Part shown: positions 22,939 through 24,924 of the stretch, piece after piece
Layout of the letters: every line of letters starts with the position of its first letter
How positions within the stretch are numbered: position 1 is the stretch's first letter
Virus record (IMG/VR): IMGVR_UViG_3300032257_000088
Coordinates: 1-24,924 of that record
Strand: one strand, 5' to 3'
DNA: 24,924 nt
Origin: a virus
Lineage: Duplodnaviria > Caudoviricetes
The notes under the pieces: model-generated
Databases searched by the model: none
What the model saw: only the letters and a program-made list of their open reading frames with translations
What the model was told of the DNA's origin: nothing
Translations under genes and position numbers: made by a program

Positions 22939-23130
22939 ATGAGTGACGAATATAAGACTTTTTTAAACGATGTAGAAATACCACTCACAGATTGTCTGGA
23001 TAATGGATATATAAAAGCACCATTATATATGAAGGAAGGTGATGTATTTAAGTTCGTAAGCCCATCAATTAGGGTCGGAAAACCAAAGTGCATTTATACT
23101 GAGATGCCTACCAATGAGACTATCCACTAA
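22939..23130 (+). CDS. Hypothetical protein
   Basis: 63 aa, RBS AAGGAG/AGGTG, TAATG-coupled to the methyltransferase. Confidence 0.6.
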   Translation: MSDEYKTFLNDVEIPLTDCLDNGYIKAPLYMKEGDVFKFVSPSIRVGKPKCIYTEMPTNETIH

Positions 23131-24317
23131 TGGCTGAATTAGAAAGCAGTGGAGCAGATTTACCGTCTATAAAAAACATAGATACTGCCTTGCTTATCCC
23201 ATACGCTAGAAACAGTCGTACTCATTCCGATGAGCAGGTTGATCAGATAGCGGCATCCATTAAAGAATTTGGCTTTCTTAACCCAGTGATAGTCGATGGT
23301 GATAACGGCATTATAGCTGGTCATGGTCGCGTTATGGCTTTGAAGAAGCTGAACATAACTACTGTGCCATGCATTGAAGCATCACACCTTACCGAAACAC
23401 AGAAACGCGCTTATATCATTGCAGACAATAAACTAGCTCTAAATGCGGGCTGGGATGATGATATGTTGCGGATAGAGTTTGACGAATTAACCGAGGATGG
23501 CTTTGATTTATCGCTGACAGGGTTTAGTCTTGATGAGATTGATGGACTGCAGATAGAAGTAATTGAGGACGGCTTAACTGATGAGGACGCTGTGCCTGAG
23601 ATACCAGATGAGCCTATAAGCGTTAGAGGTGATGTTTGGGTATTGGGTAATCATAGACTGATGTGCGGAGACTCGACCAGTATTGATGATGTTGAGAAGC
23701 TGATGGATGGCTGCAGTCCTGATTTAATTCATACAGATCCGCCTTATGGGATGAACGCAGTTACAAAGTCAGGGGTGTTATCAAAGAATTACAAAACTGA
23801 TATTTTGGGTGATGATAACCCTGACGTTGCAAAAGACGCTTTTAATCTAATATACGGCCTTTACCCAGAAGCTAAACAGATATGGTGGGGCGCAAACTAT
23901 TACTGCAGCGCTTTACCAGATAGTGAATGCTGGCTTGTATGGGATAAAAATAACGGGGGTTCTGATCAAACAGACTGCGAGCTTGCTTGGGCTAACTTTA
24001 GAAGCGTAGTGCGTCAATTCACGCAGGCATCAGAGAAATCAAACAGAGTTCATCCTACACAAAAACCGGTTTCATTAATGGAGTGGATAATTAAACGATT
24101 CAGGCTATCTGCAGAAAGTGTCGCAGATTACTTTGGTGGGTCAGGATCGACATTGATAGCTGCAGAGAAGCACGGCATCAGTAGCTATACTATGGAGTTT
24201 GATCCTGCATTTTCAGACGTAATAATCAAGCGCTGGCAGGACTTCACCGGCAAAGAAGCCGTTAATGCTACAGGCGAGACATTCAATAACATGATGCGTG
24301 AACGTGATGGCGCATAA
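23130..24317 (+). CDS. ParB-like N-domain fused to N6/N4 DNA methyltransferase
   Basis: 'PYARNSRTHSDEQVDQIAASIKEFGFLNP...IIAGHGR...RAYIIADNKLA' (ParB N-domain), 'LGNHRLMCGDST', catalytic DPPY, 'HPTQKPV' and SAM-binding 'DYFGGSGSTL'. Confidence 0.93.
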   Translation: MAELESSGADLPSIKNIDTALLIPYARNSRTHSDEQVDQIAASIKEFGFLNPVIVDGDNGIIAGHGRVMALKKLNITTVPCIEASHLTETQKRAYIIADNKLALNAGWDDDMLRIEFDELTEDGFDLSLTGFSLDEIDGLQIEVIEDGLTDEDAVPEIPDEPISVRGDVWVLGNHRLMCGDSTSIDDVEKLMDGCSPDLIHTDPPYGMNAVTKSGVLSKNYKTDILGDDNPDVAKDAFNLIYGLYPEAKQIWWGANYYCSALPDSECWLVWDKNNGGSDQTDCELAWANFRSVVRQFTQASEKSNRVHPTQKPVSLMEWIIKRFRLSAESVADYFGGSGSTLIAAEKHGISSYTMEFDPAFSDVIIKRWQDFTGKEAVNATGETFNNMMRERDGA

Positions 24318-24648
24318 ACCAGACGATAAAACGCGCCGAGCTGTTGAACAGATGGCTGCTGTTGGCATTCCACAGCTTGATATAGCCGCTATATTAGATA
24401 TAACAGATAAGACGCTTAGAAAGCACTACGCAAAGGAATTGGCAACGGCTACCAGTAGGGCTAATGCTAATATAGGCGGTATGTTATATAAAAAAGCAAT
24501 GGATGGCGATCTAACGGCTATGATATTTTGGATGAAAACCAGAGCGAAATGGAATGAGAAAAATTCACTCGAAGTAACGGGCGCAGATGGAGGCCCTATT
24601 CAAATGACTCAAATTAACTTTGTTCCTGTTGGTAGCGGTAAGAAATGA
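24307..24648 (+). CDS. terS: Terminase small subunit
   Basis: HTH 'GIPQLDIAAILDITDKTLRKHY..EL', 'LYKKAM.GD.TAMIFWMKTRA.W' and 'EVTGADGGPIQ'. Directly before terL. Confidence 0.85.
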   Translation: MAHKPDDKTRRAVEQMAAVGIPQLDIAAILDITDKTLRKHYAKELATATSRANANIGGMLYKKAMDGDLTAMIFWMKTRAKWNEKNSLEVTGADGGPIQMTQINFVPVGSGKK

Positions 24649-24924
24649 ATCAAGCTGCACAAGTAAATATAGAATATGTTGACAAGCTAGAGCCCGTATT
24701 TACACAGCCCAAAAGAATTAAGATTGTAGTCGGTGGGCGCGGCTCAACAAAATCCACAGGAGTGGCTGATTACGTTGCTGCAATGATATCTAACGGCCAG
24801 CTATGGTGCTGCGCTCGTGAGCATCAAAACTCTATTGAGGAGTCAGTGCATAGAACTATATTAGATGAAATAAGCCGATTCGAGCTGCCGGACTTCACAG
24901 ACACAAAGACAAGTATTACTCACA
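24645..24924 (+). CDS. terL: Terminase large subunit, PBSX/Terminase_3-like, N-terminal part (3' truncated)
   Basis: MNQAAQVNIEYVDKLEPVFTQPKRIKIVVGGRGSTKS... with Walker A GGRGSTKS and 'CAREHQNSIEESVH'. ATGA overlap with terS. Confidence 0.92.
   Translation, partial: MNQAAQVNIEYVDKLEPVFTQPKRIKIVVGGRGSTKSTGVADYVAAMISNGQLWCCAREHQNSIEESVHRTILDEISRFELPDFTDTKTSITH

Noticed and set aside
1-24924. Stop-codon reassignment, diversity-generating retroelement or retron
   Set aside because: Genes tile densely under the standard code with TAA, TAG and TGA all used as stops. I saw no reverse transcriptase or TR/VR pair.

Overview
About 25 kb of a tailed dsDNA phage genome. The host is probably Gram-negative, because overlapping spanin genes are present. 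The window appears to hold the whole non-morphogenesis half of a lambdoid-style genome. From left to right: the end of the tail module (fibre, beta-helix tailspike); a leftward early arm (VRR-NUC-like nuclease, Ref-like nuclease, free-standing HNH-AP2 endonuclease, DUF1367, Erf and many small ORFs); a short divergent control region with only a small Cro-like HTH gene; a rightward early arm (DUF551-like ORFs, replication initiator with iterons, P-like loader, SSB); a cluster of structured non-coding RNAs; lysis genes; an extra block of virion-fibre-like genes; a ParB-methyltransferase; terS and the start of terL. I see no integrase, CI repressor or Q antiterminator. The most striking signals are non-coding. 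(1) Two mirror-image promoter/hairpin cassettes, one per early arm, have predicted RNAs with a 14-nt loop-to-loop complementarity. One of them is an attenuator-like leader directly upstream of the replication initiator. (2) A 162-nt tRNA-framed RNA has a giant structured variable arm and is followed by a pseudoknot-like element and an ACCA-terminated stem RNA. (3) A structured leader precedes the HNH gene. All family calls come from motif recognition by eye, and all RNA structures are hand-paired predictions. No searches were run.
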